A DNA stretch of 64,000 nt from the NCBI GenBank assembly GCA_963664405.1, contig OY761158.1, forward strand, positions 960,001 to 1,024,000. The letters are read 5' to 3'. Shown one piece after another: positions 20,478-29,859 of the stretch. This DNA is from Thermoanaerobaculia bacterium (lineage in GTDB: Bacteria; Acidobacteriota; Thermoanaerobaculia; Multivoradales; Multivoraceae). The position numbers and the translations under genes were made by a program. Every line of letters starts with the position of its first letter. Position 1 is the stretch's first letter. The notes beneath the pieces are model-generated. The model worked only from the letters and a program-made list of their open reading frames with translations. It did not search any database and had not been told where the DNA came from.

Positions 20478-22364
20478 GTGAGTGATCTTCTGTCAGCGAC
20501 CACTCTCCAACACCAGCTGAACGGCTCTGAGCCGGACCGGTCAGATGAGCGCCTACTCCAGACCGTCAAGAATTACTGGGGCTTCAGCGAGCTGCGGCCG
20601 CTGCAAGAGGAGGCGATCGCTGCGGAGCTCAGCCATCGCGATTCGCTGGTGGTCCTCCCAACCGGCGGCGGCAAATCACTCTGCTATCAGGCGCCGCCTG
20701 CGGTCGCAGGCCGTACCGACATCGTAGTGTCACCCTTGATATCGCTGATGAAGGATCAGGTGGACGGCCTGCTCCAGTGCGGCTATCCAGCCGCCGCGTT
20801 ACACAGTGGCCTTACCCCCAATGAGCTGCGCTCAGCCGAAGGCCAGGCCGCGGAGGGTCGCCTGCGTCTGCTCTTCGTCGCTCCCGAGCGCTTGCTCTCG
20901 AGCCGCTTTCTCGAGCTCGCGGCCCGACTCGAGGTTCGCGCCTTCGCGATCGACGAGGCTCACTGCATCAGCCACTGGGGCCACGACTTCCGCCCCGAGT
21001 ACCGCCAGCTCGCACAGCTCAAAGAACGCTTTCCCGACGCCAGCGTGCATGCCTATACCGCGACGGCGACCGAGCGAGTGCGCACCGATATCGTGAACCA
21101 GCTCGGCCTCGAAGAGCCGACAGTTCTGGTCGGCACTTTTGATCGCCCCAACCTCGTTTACCGAGTGCTGCCGCGAGTCGACCGGCTCCAACAGATCGCC
21201 GACGTCATCGATCGCCATGCCGGAGAGGCGGTCATCGTGTACTGCATCAGTCGCAAGGAGACCGAGCAAACGGCGGCGATGCTGCGCGCCAGGGGAGTGG
21301 GAGCCGCCCACTACCACGCCGGAATGGACCGCGAGGCGCGGCGCTCCACTCAGGAGACCTTCGCCGACGAGACGCTCGACGTCGTCACCGCGACGGTCGC
21401 ATTCGGCATGGGAATCGATCGCAGCGACGTGCGCTGTGTCGTGCATTCGGCGATGCCGAAGTCGATCGAGCACTATCAGCAGGAGACCGGCCGCGCCGGA
21501 CGAGACGGCCTCCCCGCCGAGTGCGTGCTGCTCTACTCAGCGGCCGATGTTCTGCGCTGGCAGTCTCTCGTTGAGCGCAGCGCGAGCCAGGGCGAGGTCA
21601 GCGCCGAAGCCAAGGCGGCGACGAGCGAGCTCCTTATCCATATGCGTCGCTACGCCAGCAGCATGAGCTGCCGCCATCGGACGCTCTCCGAGTACTTCGG
21701 CCAGGCCTACGAGGCCTCGAGCTGTGGAGCCTGCGACGTGTGCCTGGAAGAGGTAGAGGGAGTCGCCGACGCAACCTCCGCCGCTCAGAAGATTCTCTCC
21801 TGCGTAGCCAGAGTCGAGCAACGATTCGGCGCCACCCACGTGACCTCGATCCTACTCGGGGCCGACACCGAGGCGGTGCGCCGCTGGGATCACCAACAGC
21901 TTAGTACCTGGGGTCTCCTCGAGGGCGAGGATCGCAAGAGGCTGACCAGCATGATCTACCAGTTGATCGACCAGGGAGTGCTCGAGCGCACCGCCGGCGA
22001 GCGGCCGATATTGAAGCTCAACGAGGCCTCTTGGCAGGTGATGCGGGGGGAGCTTTCCGTGCGCCTGGTCATGCCTAAAGCCAAGCTGCGAAGGACAAAG
22101 GCCGACAAAGAGTCTTGGGATGGCGTCGATCGGGGACTTTTCGAGAATCTGCGCGAGCTGCGACGCGATATCGCACTCGAGCGCGGCGTGCCTGCCTACG
22201 TCGTATTCGGCGACGAGTCGCTGCGCCAGATGGCACGCGAGCTGCCGTCAACAGTCACCGAATTCCTCCAGATCCACGGCGTCGGACAACAGAAACTCGC
22301 CGACTTCGGCGAGCGCTTTCTCGAACGGATCGCCGAGTGCAGGCAGCGCAGCGGGGCGTCGTAG
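20478..22364 (+). CDS. recQ: ATP-dependent DNA helicase RecQ
   Basis: PTGGGKSLCYQ, DEAHCISHWGHDFRP, QETGRAGRDG, Zn/RQC and HRDC domains. Confidence 0.95.
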   Translation: MSDLLSATTLQHQLNGSEPDRSDERLLQTVKNYWGFSELRPLQEEAIAAELSHRDSLVVLPTGGGKSLCYQAPPAVAGRTDIVVSPLISLMKDQVDGLLQCGYPAAALHSGLTPNELRSAEGQAAEGRLRLLFVAPERLLSSRFLELAARLEVRAFAIDEAHCISHWGHDFRPEYRQLAQLKERFPDASVHAYTATATERVRTDIVNQLGLEEPTVLVGTFDRPNLVYRVLPRVDRLQQIADVIDRHAGEAVIVYCISRKETEQTAAMLRARGVGAAHYHAGMDREARRSTQETFADETLDVVTATVAFGMGIDRSDVRCVVHSAMPKSIEHYQQETGRAGRDGLPAECVLLYSAADVLRWQSLVERSASQGEVSAEAKAATSELLIHMRRYASSMSCRHRTLSEYFGQAYEASSCGACDVCLEEVEGVADATSAAQKILSCVARVEQRFGATHVTSILLGADTEAVRRWDHQQLSTWGLLEGEDRKRLTSMIYQLIDQGVLERTAGERPILKLNEASWQVMRGELSVRLVMPKAKLRRTKADKESWDGVDRGLFENLRELRRDIALERGVPAYVVFGDESLRQMARELPSTVTEFLQIHGVGQQKLADFGERFLERIAECRQRSGAS

Positions 22365-22428
22365 GCGGGCCGGCCGCGGGAGGGGGTCTCGGGCGCGTCA
22401 CAGCCTCGAGATCTGGACGCGAGTGCTA

Positions 22429-23094
22429 TTACTTCTGTAGGACCGTCTTCCGAGCTTCGGTTTTCTTTCGGGCCTCGGAGATTTGCTCTGGGGTCATCTC
22501 TTCTTCGAGACGGTCTCTGCGTCGGATGGCAATCTCGCTGTTCTCGCCCTCTGGGTCGGAGGCGGCCAAGCTGTACCACACATAGGCCTGGACCTTGTCC
22601 TCGGCTACACCCAGACCGGCGCTGTACGCGAAACCCAGGTTGTACTGCGCATAGGGGTTGCCCTGATCGGCGGCAGCCTGCAGCCAACGCACCGACTCTT
22701 TGTCGTCCTGGGCTACTCCATGCCCGGTGCCATACCTGACTCCGATGTCGTACTGGGCCTCTACGTGTCCCTGCGTAGCCGCCGCCAGGATCCACTTGAA
22801 GCCCTCACCGTACTTCTTGGGCACGCCGCGGCCGATGTCATACATCCTCCCTAGCTGATATTGGGCTCCGGCGTGTCCTTGGCCTGCCGCCTCGCCATAC
22901 CAGCGTGCCGCCTCCTCGTAGTTCTGTGCCACTCCCTCTCCGGCCTCATACATCTGCCCGAGATCGAACTGAGCCTGCTCATCCCCCTGCTCGGCCGCCC
23001 GAACGATCGCTGCAGGGTCCTTCGCCGCAACACATGGGGTGCCTGCGCCTAGGAGCAAGGCCGGTAGAGCCATCAGGACAACGCGCACGATCAA
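22429..23094 (-). CDS. Sel1-like repeat protein
   Basis: Four AQxxLG.MY..G.GV repeats, signal peptide. Confidence 0.9.
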   Translation of the reverse strand: MIVRVVLMALPALLLGAGTPCVAAKDPAAIVRAAEQGDEQAQFDLGQMYEAGEGVAQNYEEAARWYGEAAGQGHAGAQYQLGRMYDIGRGVPKKYGEGFKWILAAATQGHVEAQYDIGVRYGTGHGVAQDDKESVRWLQAAADQGNPYAQYNLGFAYSAGLGVAEDKVQAYVWYSLAASDPEGENSEIAIRRRDRLEEEMTPEQISEARKKTEARKTVLQK

Positions 23095-24443
23095 TCGCCA
23101 ATCGAGAACAGGGTGCCGTCACTGCGAAGCAACAGCCTGCTGTCGGCTATCGCCGGTGACGCGATGAGACGTTCACCCAGGTCATTCCGGGCCAGAATCT
23201 CCGGCTCCCTTCCGGCACGCAGCACGAAGACTTCGCCGGTTTCGCTAGCCATATATACCTTTCCGTCGGCAGCCACCGGAGAAGCGAAGAAAAGGCCACC
23301 CAGTCTCTTCTTCCATACCGGCTGGCCTGTGCTCGCCTCCGCGCAGGTCACCACTCCGACTTCATTGGTCATGTAGAGCAGCCCACCGTAATGGACGATC
23401 GAGGGCACGTAAGAGGCCCCCCCCGGCGTCCGCCACACGATGTGGCTCGCCGACACATCGCCTCGCCCGCCCGGGCGAAGAGCCAAGAAGTCACTGTTGC
23501 GATAGCCCCGGCTCATATATACCAGGCCATCGTGGAACACGGGGGTCGGGATCGGCGTCTGGCGAGGAGTGCCGGCATGCCAAAGAAGAGTGCCCGTGGC
23601 AGGGTCGTAGGCGTCGATGCGCTGGCTCGAATTGACGATCAGCTCGCCTCCCTGCGGACCAGGAACGATCAGCGGAGTGGAGTGCGAGCTGCGACCGGGG
23701 CCGCGCTCCACCTTCCAGCGCACGCGACCTGTGCTCTTGTCGAGCGCCAGCAGATAGGCGTTGGAGGAGGTGTGGTCGCACAAGAGAATGAGCAGATCCT
23801 GGTAAAGGACCGGCGAGCTGCCGTGCCCCCACTGGTTGCGAAAGGGTGGGTAGTCATCGGCAAGATGGCGGGTCCAGACCAGTAGGCCATTCATATCGAC
23901 GGCGATGATCTGTCCGTTGCCAAACCAGCCGTAGATGCGCTCGCCGTCGGTGGTCGGAGTCGGGCTCGCCAAGTTGTGTTTTTCGTGGAGTTGAGGAAAC
24001 TCTCCGGTGGCCCTGACGCGATGTTCCCAGAGCTTGCTTCCGTCGGCGTGCTCGAAGGCTTCGATCACAAGGAAAACTCCATCGGGAGAAGGGGCCATCC
24101 GCCGCCCGCCAATGGGATTCTCATCTACAGCCAGAGAGCGGTCGTCTCGCGCCAACTGAGGGTGCGAACCTTGTCTCGTAGGAGCACTGCCGAGCTGCGA
24201 GGTGACATAGACCCGATCGTTCCAGACGATAGGCGAAGAGCTGCCAAGGCCCGCCAACGAAACCTTCCAAGCGATGTTCTGGTCGGCGGCCCAGTGCGTG
24301 GGAAGTCCCGACGCGGCGGAAACGGCGTTACTCGAAGGCCCTCGCCATTGCGGCCAATTCTCCGCCTCTAGCCCAGCCGGGTGCAGGCAGCAGAGAGCAG
24401 CCAAGGCCCAAGGCCAAGCACCCCTTCCATCGCCTGCCCACAC
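23091..24443 (-). CDS. PQQ-binding-like beta-propeller (BamB-like) protein
   Basis: ENWPQWRGP, SSPIVW, repeated SP/TG..W motifs. Confidence 0.85.
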   Translation of the reverse strand: MWAGDGRGAWPWALAALCCLHPAGLEAENWPQWRGPSSNAVSAASGLPTHWAADQNIAWKVSLAGLGSSSPIVWNDRVYVTSQLGSAPTRQGSHPQLARDDRSLAVDENPIGGRRMAPSPDGVFLVIEAFEHADGSKLWEHRVRATGEFPQLHEKHNLASPTPTTDGERIYGWFGNGQIIAVDMNGLLVWTRHLADDYPPFRNQWGHGSSPVLYQDLLILLCDHTSSNAYLLALDKSTGRVRWKVERGPGRSSHSTPLIVPGPQGGELIVNSSQRIDAYDPATGTLLWHAGTPRQTPIPTPVFHDGLVYMSRGYRNSDFLALRPGGRGDVSASHIVWRTPGGASYVPSIVHYGGLLYMTNEVGVVTCAEASTGQPVWKKRLGGLFFASPVAADGKVYMASETGEVFVLRAGREPEILARNDLGERLIASPAIADSRLLLRSDGTLFSIGD

Positions 24444-24464
24444 TACTCGCTCACTCCCGACATC

Positions 24465-27257
24465 CTACGGCGCACGCTCGACGCGGACAGCGCAGAACTT
24501 GAAACCAGGGATCTTCCCGTCCGGATCGAGCTCGTCGAGAGTAAGAAGATTCGCGGCGGCCTCACGAAAATGAAAAGGCATGAACACAGCGCCACGACAC
24601 TCACGCTCTGTGAGCCGCACTTTGAGAGTCACACTTCCCCGCCGGCTGGTGACTGTGACCCGCTCGCCATCTTCGATCGCCAGCTCGGCTGCATCTTCAG
24701 GATGCATCCCCACGAAAGCTTCCGGGGCGATCTGGTCGAGGACGCGGGAACGACGCGTCATCGCACCCGTATGCCAGTGCTCGAGCAGACGCCCCGTATT
24801 GAGAACTAGAGGGTACTCATCGTCCGGTAGCTCCTTGGCTGCCGTCCACTCGGCAGGCACGAACTTCGCCTTGCCGTTTGCCGTGGGAAAGCCTTCACCG
24901 AAGAGAACGACAGGGCCGTCTTCGTGCTCCGGATCCGGGTTGGGCCAGAGTTTGCCGGTGGGACCGAGGTTGTCGTAGTTGAGAGTGGCGTAGGAACTGG
25001 TGAGAGCCGCGAACTCGTCGAAGATCTCCGCCGGCGACTCGTAGTCCATCGCATAGCCCATGCGCTCCGCCACCTCGCAAAGCACCTGCCAATCCAAACG
25101 CGCTTCCCCCGGCATGGCGAGCGCCGGGCGTCCGATCTGTACCCGCCGATCCGTATTGGTGTAAGTGCCGAGCTTCTCGAGGTAGGAGCTTGCCGGCAGA
25201 ATGACGTCGGCAAACTCCGCAGTCTCGGTGAGAAAGATGTCCTGAACCACCAGGAAATCGAGATTTGCCAAGGCCTTGCGTACTTTGTTGACGTTTGGAT
25301 CAGAGAGAAAGGGGTTCTCCCCCATGATGTACATGGCCTTGATCCGGCCTTCCAGGGCCCCCTGGGTGATCTCGACAACCGTCAGGCCGGGCTCGCTGGA
25401 GAGCTGTCTCCCCCATGCGCTCTCGAACTTCTGCCGTACCGCCGCATCGTCCACCGGCTGGTAGTCGGGGTAAACCATCGGGATGAGCCCGGCGTCACTG
25501 GCCCCCTGGACGTTGTTCTGGCCCCGCAGAGGATGCAGTCCCGAGCCCGGCTTGCCGATGTTTCCGGTGAGCAGGGCGAGCGAGATCAGGCAGCGCGCAT
25601 TATTGGTGCCGTACACGTGCTGCGAGATACCCATACCCCAGAAGACGATCGCGCTACGGGCACGCGCAAAAGTGGTTGCCACGTTGCGGATGGTCTCGGC
25701 ATCGACACCGCAGATGCGTGCAGCGCGTTCCGGCGGGTACTCCACCACCAAGCTCCGCAGCGACTCGTAGTTCTCGGTGTGGCGAGCAATGTAGTCGTCG
25801 TCGGCGAGCCCTTCCTCGATGATCGTGTGCATCATCGCATTGTAGAAGGCGACGTCCGTACCCGGCTTGATGCGACAGTAGAAGTCGGCATGATCGGCGA
25901 TCGCCTCGCGGCGCGGATCGACCACGATCAGCTTGGTACCGCGCCTGTGCGCATCTTTGAAGAAAGTGGCAGCGACCGGATGATTGACCGTAGTGTTCGT
26001 GCCCGCCAGCAAGGCCGCGTCGGCATTCGCGATGTCACGGTAGGTGGTCGTGACCGCGGCGCTACCAATGCCCTCGAGCAGAGCGGCCACGCTCGAGGCG
26101 TGACACAGGCGAGTGCAGTGATCGACATTGTTGGTGCCGAAAACAGCTCGAATCAACTTCTGAAACAGGTAGGCCTCTTCGATCGAGCACTTTGCGCTGC
26201 CGAAGCCGGCCATCGAATCACCGCCGTAGGTGTCCCGGACCGCCGCAAACTTCTCGGCGACGAGATCGAGAGCCTCGTCCCAGGTCGCCTCACGAAATGC
26301 GGGGAGGACTTCGGCATAATCGACAATGCCACCCGGCTTGCGGCGTCCATCGTGCTCGCCACGCACATCCGCGGATAGAGCTCCCTTGGGATAGGCCCCT
26401 TCGCGCCGGATCAGTGGAACTGTCAGGCGCTGCGGGTGGGCGGCATAGTCCCACCCGTAGCGACCCTTGACGCACAGCCGCCCATCACTGCCCGGGCTGT
26501 CACGACCCTCCGCGAAAACAATGGCATTCTGATCTCGGTCGACGTGGTAGGTCAGCGCACAGCCGACACCGCAATAGGGGCACACGCTGTCGACCGACTC
26601 GAGCTCGCTGCGAGGCCTGAGGTCGACACCCACCGCGCGGTCGACGAGCGCGCCGGTCGGGCAGGCCGCGGCACACTCTCCGCACGAGACACAGGTGCTC
26701 TCCCCCATTGGAGCGTCGAGATCGAAAGCGATACGGGCTTCGAACCCTTTACCGGTGCGCCCAATCACCTCGTTACTCTGGATCTCGTTACAGGCTCGAA
26801 TACAGCGATCGCAGAGAATGCAAGCCTGATGATTGACGTCGATCACCGACGAGCTCGTGTCGCATGGACGGCCGTTGGCTCGAGGCAATCGATCTCCCCA
26901 TGCGTCGTAGCGGCGAGCGAGAGCCAGAAGCTCGTTGTCGCCGGTCGTGGACTCGCGGGGATCCTCTGCGGGAGGGAGCTGATCGGCCATCAAGAGCTCG
27001 GTGAGAGTGGCTCTTCTCGCCTCGACCTCGGGGGTCGCCGTGCGCACCTTCATCCCCGCCGAGCACTGCCTGACGCAAGCCGCGGCCAAAACCCGCTCGC
27101 CGACGTCGACCACGCACATCCGACATACACCAACAGGCTCCATCCGCGGGCTGTGGCATAGCGCAGGGATCTCGATACCTGCAGCAGCCGCCACCGCGAA
27201 GATCGTGGATCCCTCTTCGGCCTCGACCTCGACGCCATCGATCTCGAGCTGAATCAT
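24465..27257 (-). CDS. fdhF: NAD-linked formate dehydrogenase alpha subunit (Cys type) with N-terminal Fe-S domains
   Basis: [2Fe-2S] and 2x[4Fe-4S] motifs, CPYCGVGC, NNVDHCTRLCH, LRGQNNVQG; ATG at 27257 overlaps the aor stop codon. Confidence 0.92.
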   Translation of the reverse strand: MIQLEIDGVEVEAEEGSTIFAVAAAAGIEIPALCHSPRMEPVGVCRMCVVDVGERVLAAACVRQCSAGMKVRTATPEVEARRATLTELLMADQLPPAEDPRESTTGDNELLALARRYDAWGDRLPRANGRPCDTSSSVIDVNHQACILCDRCIRACNEIQSNEVIGRTGKGFEARIAFDLDAPMGESTCVSCGECAAACPTGALVDRAVGVDLRPRSELESVDSVCPYCGVGCALTYHVDRDQNAIVFAEGRDSPGSDGRLCVKGRYGWDYAAHPQRLTVPLIRREGAYPKGALSADVRGEHDGRRKPGGIVDYAEVLPAFREATWDEALDLVAEKFAAVRDTYGGDSMAGFGSAKCSIEEAYLFQKLIRAVFGTNNVDHCTRLCHASSVAALLEGIGSAAVTTTYRDIANADAALLAGTNTTVNHPVAATFFKDAHRRGTKLIVVDPRREAIADHADFYCRIKPGTDVAFYNAMMHTIIEEGLADDDYIARHTENYESLRSLVVEYPPERAARICGVDAETIRNVATTFARARSAIVFWGMGISQHVYGTNNARCLISLALLTGNIGKPGSGLHPLRGQNNVQGASDAGLIPMVYPDYQPVDDAAVRQKFESAWGRQLSSEPGLTVVEITQGALEGRIKAMYIMGENPFLSDPNVNKVRKALANLDFLVVQDIFLTETAEFADVILPASSYLEKLGTYTNTDRRVQIGRPALAMPGEARLDWQVLCEVAERMGYAMDYESPAEIFDEFAALTSSYATLNYDNLGPTGKLWPNPDPEHEDGPVVLFGEGFPTANGKAKFVPAEWTAAKELPDDEYPLVLNTGRLLEHWHTGAMTRRSRVLDQIAPEAFVGMHPEDAAELAIEDGERVTVTSRRGSVTLKVRLTERECRGAVFMPFHFREAAANLLTLDELDPDGKIPGFKFCAVRVERAP

Positions 27258-29029
27258 AGATTGCCGGCCTCCATCGTCGAGTCGATCGCCAGATCCCTCA
27301 CCACGGTCTCGGGTAGGTAGCCCTCGTCGGTCCATCCTCGAGCACGGTGATAGCCGACAATCATCTCCTGCAAGCGCTCTCGCGGCAGCCGCGTGCCCGC
27401 TACTGTGCCCTCCGGGAGTGCCTCGCTCAAGAATCTCTCGGGTAGGCAGTCGTCTTTCGGCAACCAGCCCTCGCGAATATTGAACGCCTTGCGCAGCGCA
27501 ACAATACGCCTGGCCACCGTCTCGAGCTCTTCGCCATTCCAATCCATCCCGGTCACCGCCCGCAACAGCTCCGCCGACTCGCCATAGAGATCGTCGAAAG
27601 CGCCGCGCACGAATTTGCACAGAATCAGTGAATCGATGAGGGCGGCTCGATCTTCGGGTCCGGTTGCAAGTGCGGCCGAGCGAGCATCGCCGTGGAGGCG
27701 GTCGACGTCGTCCGAGAAGTCGAGCTCATAAGCGCCACTGCGATTGTGATCCGCTCCACGGCTGCCGACGGCAAAACCGAGAGCCATGGTCTGCAGCGCT
27801 CTCGGCTCGTACCCCGGGAGCTCCAACCCTTTCACCTGAGGCGCAAAATCGAGTGAGTGCCTGCCGATACGGATGGCGGCTCGCCGCGAGCCCTCGGCGA
27901 GAAGATCGCCGATCCCCCGGCGATGAGCAATGTCCGCCAGCAGCGCCAGGAGCCCTTCCGCGTCACCGAAGCGCGGGGCCTCGAGGTAGCCCTTCTCCGC
28001 ACATTCCATCGCGAAAGCGATCGTACCGCCGGCAGACACCGTATCGAGGCCGAGCTCGTCACAGCGATGGGAGGCGGCGAGAACGGAGTCGGGATCGACA
28101 ATGCCACAGAGCGGACCGAGGGCGAAGAGATTTTCGTACTCCACACGAGTCGTTCTGCCGTCGGCAAGGGCATAAAGGTGCTCGCACCCGATCGTGCAAC
28201 TGGCACAGGAAGCCCTCGCATGGCCGCGCAGAGGCTGCAGCTCCTCCGCCGAGAGAGAGTCGGCATCCTCGCAATGGCTGGTTTGGAAGTTACGGGTGGG
28301 TAACGCCGCCAGCCGATTGAAGGCCATCAGATTACCGGCGGTACCAAGCTCCCGGTACTTGGCAGTCGCGGGGCCGAGAGAGCGTCGGGAAAGGGCACGG
28401 GAAAGCTCGAGCACGCGTTCGCGGTCGTACAGCGAGGTCTGCGTCTTACCGCCGACAACGAGAGCCTTGAGCCTCTTGGCCCCCATCACGGCCCCCAGAC
28501 CGCCCCGACCGGCGTGACGACCACCGTTGGAGATCGTTGCATAGCGAACGCCGTTCTCTCCGGCGACGCCGATCGCCGCTACCGAGCCCTCGCAGCCGAG
28601 CACGGCTTCGGTTGCGGCAGCCGAGCTCCCCCACATAGAAGTCGGTCGCAGCTCACCCCTCACCAACTCCGAAGGCTCGGCGCATGCGCCGACCACGACG
28701 ATGGCGTCGACGCCCATACTCTTGCCCGCGATCGCGAAGTCCGAGCTCGAAAGGCCGTCACTGATCATCCCGGTGAGAGGCGACTTGGCCACCACCGCGA
28801 ACTTTGCAGAGGTGGTCAGCGGCGTCCCGACCAAGGGCGAGAAGCTGAAAACCAGAGGTGCCTCCGCGGCCATGGGGTCGACCCCGGGGGGAGCCTCGCG
28901 GTGCAGAAGCCAGGCTCCGAGCCCCACTCCACCGAGGTAGCGGCGCAAGACCCGCTCCTCGATGGGCACCATCTCACCGCGACCGGTACTGAGATCGAAG
29001 CGCCAGTAGCGACCGTGGAAGCCGTGCAC
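27254..29029 (-). CDS. aor: Aldehyde:ferredoxin oxidoreductase family (tungstopterin) enzyme
   Basis: KSPLTG, AGRGGLGAVMGAKRLKA, CASCTIGC, EYE, LGLDTVS, RGADH. Confidence 0.9.
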   Translation of the reverse strand: MHGFHGRYWRFDLSTGRGEMVPIEERVLRRYLGGVGLGAWLLHREAPPGVDPMAAEAPLVFSFSPLVGTPLTTSAKFAVVAKSPLTGMISDGLSSSDFAIAGKSMGVDAIVVVGACAEPSELVRGELRPTSMWGSSAAATEAVLGCEGSVAAIGVAGENGVRYATISNGGRHAGRGGLGAVMGAKRLKALVVGGKTQTSLYDRERVLELSRALSRRSLGPATAKYRELGTAGNLMAFNRLAALPTRNFQTSHCEDADSLSAEELQPLRGHARASCASCTIGCEHLYALADGRTTRVEYENLFALGPLCGIVDPDSVLAASHRCDELGLDTVSAGGTIAFAMECAEKGYLEAPRFGDAEGLLALLADIAHRRGIGDLLAEGSRRAAIRIGRHSLDFAPQVKGLELPGYEPRALQTMALGFAVGSRGADHNRSGAYELDFSDDVDRLHGDARSAALATGPEDRAALIDSLILCKFVRGAFDDLYGESAELLRAVTGMDWNGEELETVARRIVALRKAFNIREGWLPKDDCLPERFLSEALPEGTVAGTRLPRERLQEMIVGYHRARGWTDEGYLPETVVRDLAIDSTMEAGNL

Positions 29030-29031
29030 TC

Positions 29032-29859
29032 TCAGCCTCCCGCCTGCGCATCGATAACGATCACACGCTCGCCGGGTCCGATGGGCACTCGAGCATCCCG
29101 CACCAGGTCACGACCATCCAGAGAAACAAGATAGGGCGATGCGACACGCTCTCCATCGAGCAATTCGAGGCTAGGACGGGTACAGGCCAAGACCTCGGCC
29201 AAAGTGCCGACAGGTACCTCCATGACCTCGCGGCCCAGGGCCAATCGCGCACGGCCGACCACTTCGAGGTGAGCTGTGGTCTCTCCAAAGGCCTCGCGCA
29301 CAGCCTCAAGATACTGCTCAGGAGTGTTGAAGCCGCGCCAAGCACCCTGGTCGGGAAGCTCTGCCTCAGTCACGGTGCGATAGTCGGCAGCCTCGAGCAG
29401 AAAGAGGGGCCGCATCCGCTTGGCTGCGAGGAGCTCCTCGGCTGCCGGCAATGCCGAGCGCGGATAGACCGCTGACAGAGTCTGCACGTAACCCTCGACC
29501 TCGGCGGCAGCCGCTGTGCCAAAGCTCAACATGGTGCGTACGAAGTGTGGAGTGAGAAAGGGCGAGTCCACGCTCGTGACGTAGGCGAGGTCGGCTTCGA
29601 TCGCCGCCAGCCCCTCGCGGATCCCGGCGAGTGGCCCGAGGGCGGGGGCGCGATCCATCACGACTCGAGCCTCGAGCTCCGGCAACTCGAGGTCCGCCGA
29701 CGAGACCACGACGACCTCGTCGACGATCTCAGCCAAGACCGCGACGACATGGCTCAGCAACGGCCCTTCTCCCCAAGGCAGCCAGGCCTTGGCTCGACCC
29801 ATCCGGGAAGATCGTCCCCCGCAGAGCACGACCCCCGCGCTGCTCAGGCCCGAGCTCAC
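29032..29859 (-). CDS. mobA: Molybdenum cofactor guanylyltransferase fused to a MoaD/ThiS-like domain
   Basis: LCGGRSSRMG..KA, GPLAGI, FNTPE; C-terminal ubiquitin-like domain ending in AGG; GTGA overlap with the upstream gene. Confidence 0.85.
   Translation of the reverse strand: MSSGLSSAGVVLCGGRSSRMGRAKAWLPWGEGPLLSHVVAVLAEIVDEVVVVSSADLELPELEARVVMDRAPALGPLAGIREGLAAIEADLAYVTSVDSPFLTPHFVRTMLSFGTAAAAEVEGYVQTLSAVYPRSALPAAEELLAAKRMRPLFLLEAADYRTVTEAELPDQGAWRGFNTPEQYLEAVREAFGETTAHLEVVGRARLALGREVMEVPVGTLAEVLACTRPSLELLDGERVASPYLVSLDGRDLVRDARVPIGPGERVIVIDAQAGG

Noticed and set aside
26095-26135. Selenocysteine in formate dehydrogenase
   Set aside because: The active site reads HCTRLCH with a Cys codon; there is no in-frame TGA
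24924-26378. Long antisense ORFs (484 aa here and many others)
   Set aside because: Shadow frames of GC-rich genes with no recognisable motifs
27258-27620. Long N-terminal extension of the fdh ORF (likewise mobA to 30057, antitoxin to 36210, P-loop gene to 45471)
   Set aside because: These overlap upstream genes; better starts sit at stop/start overlaps
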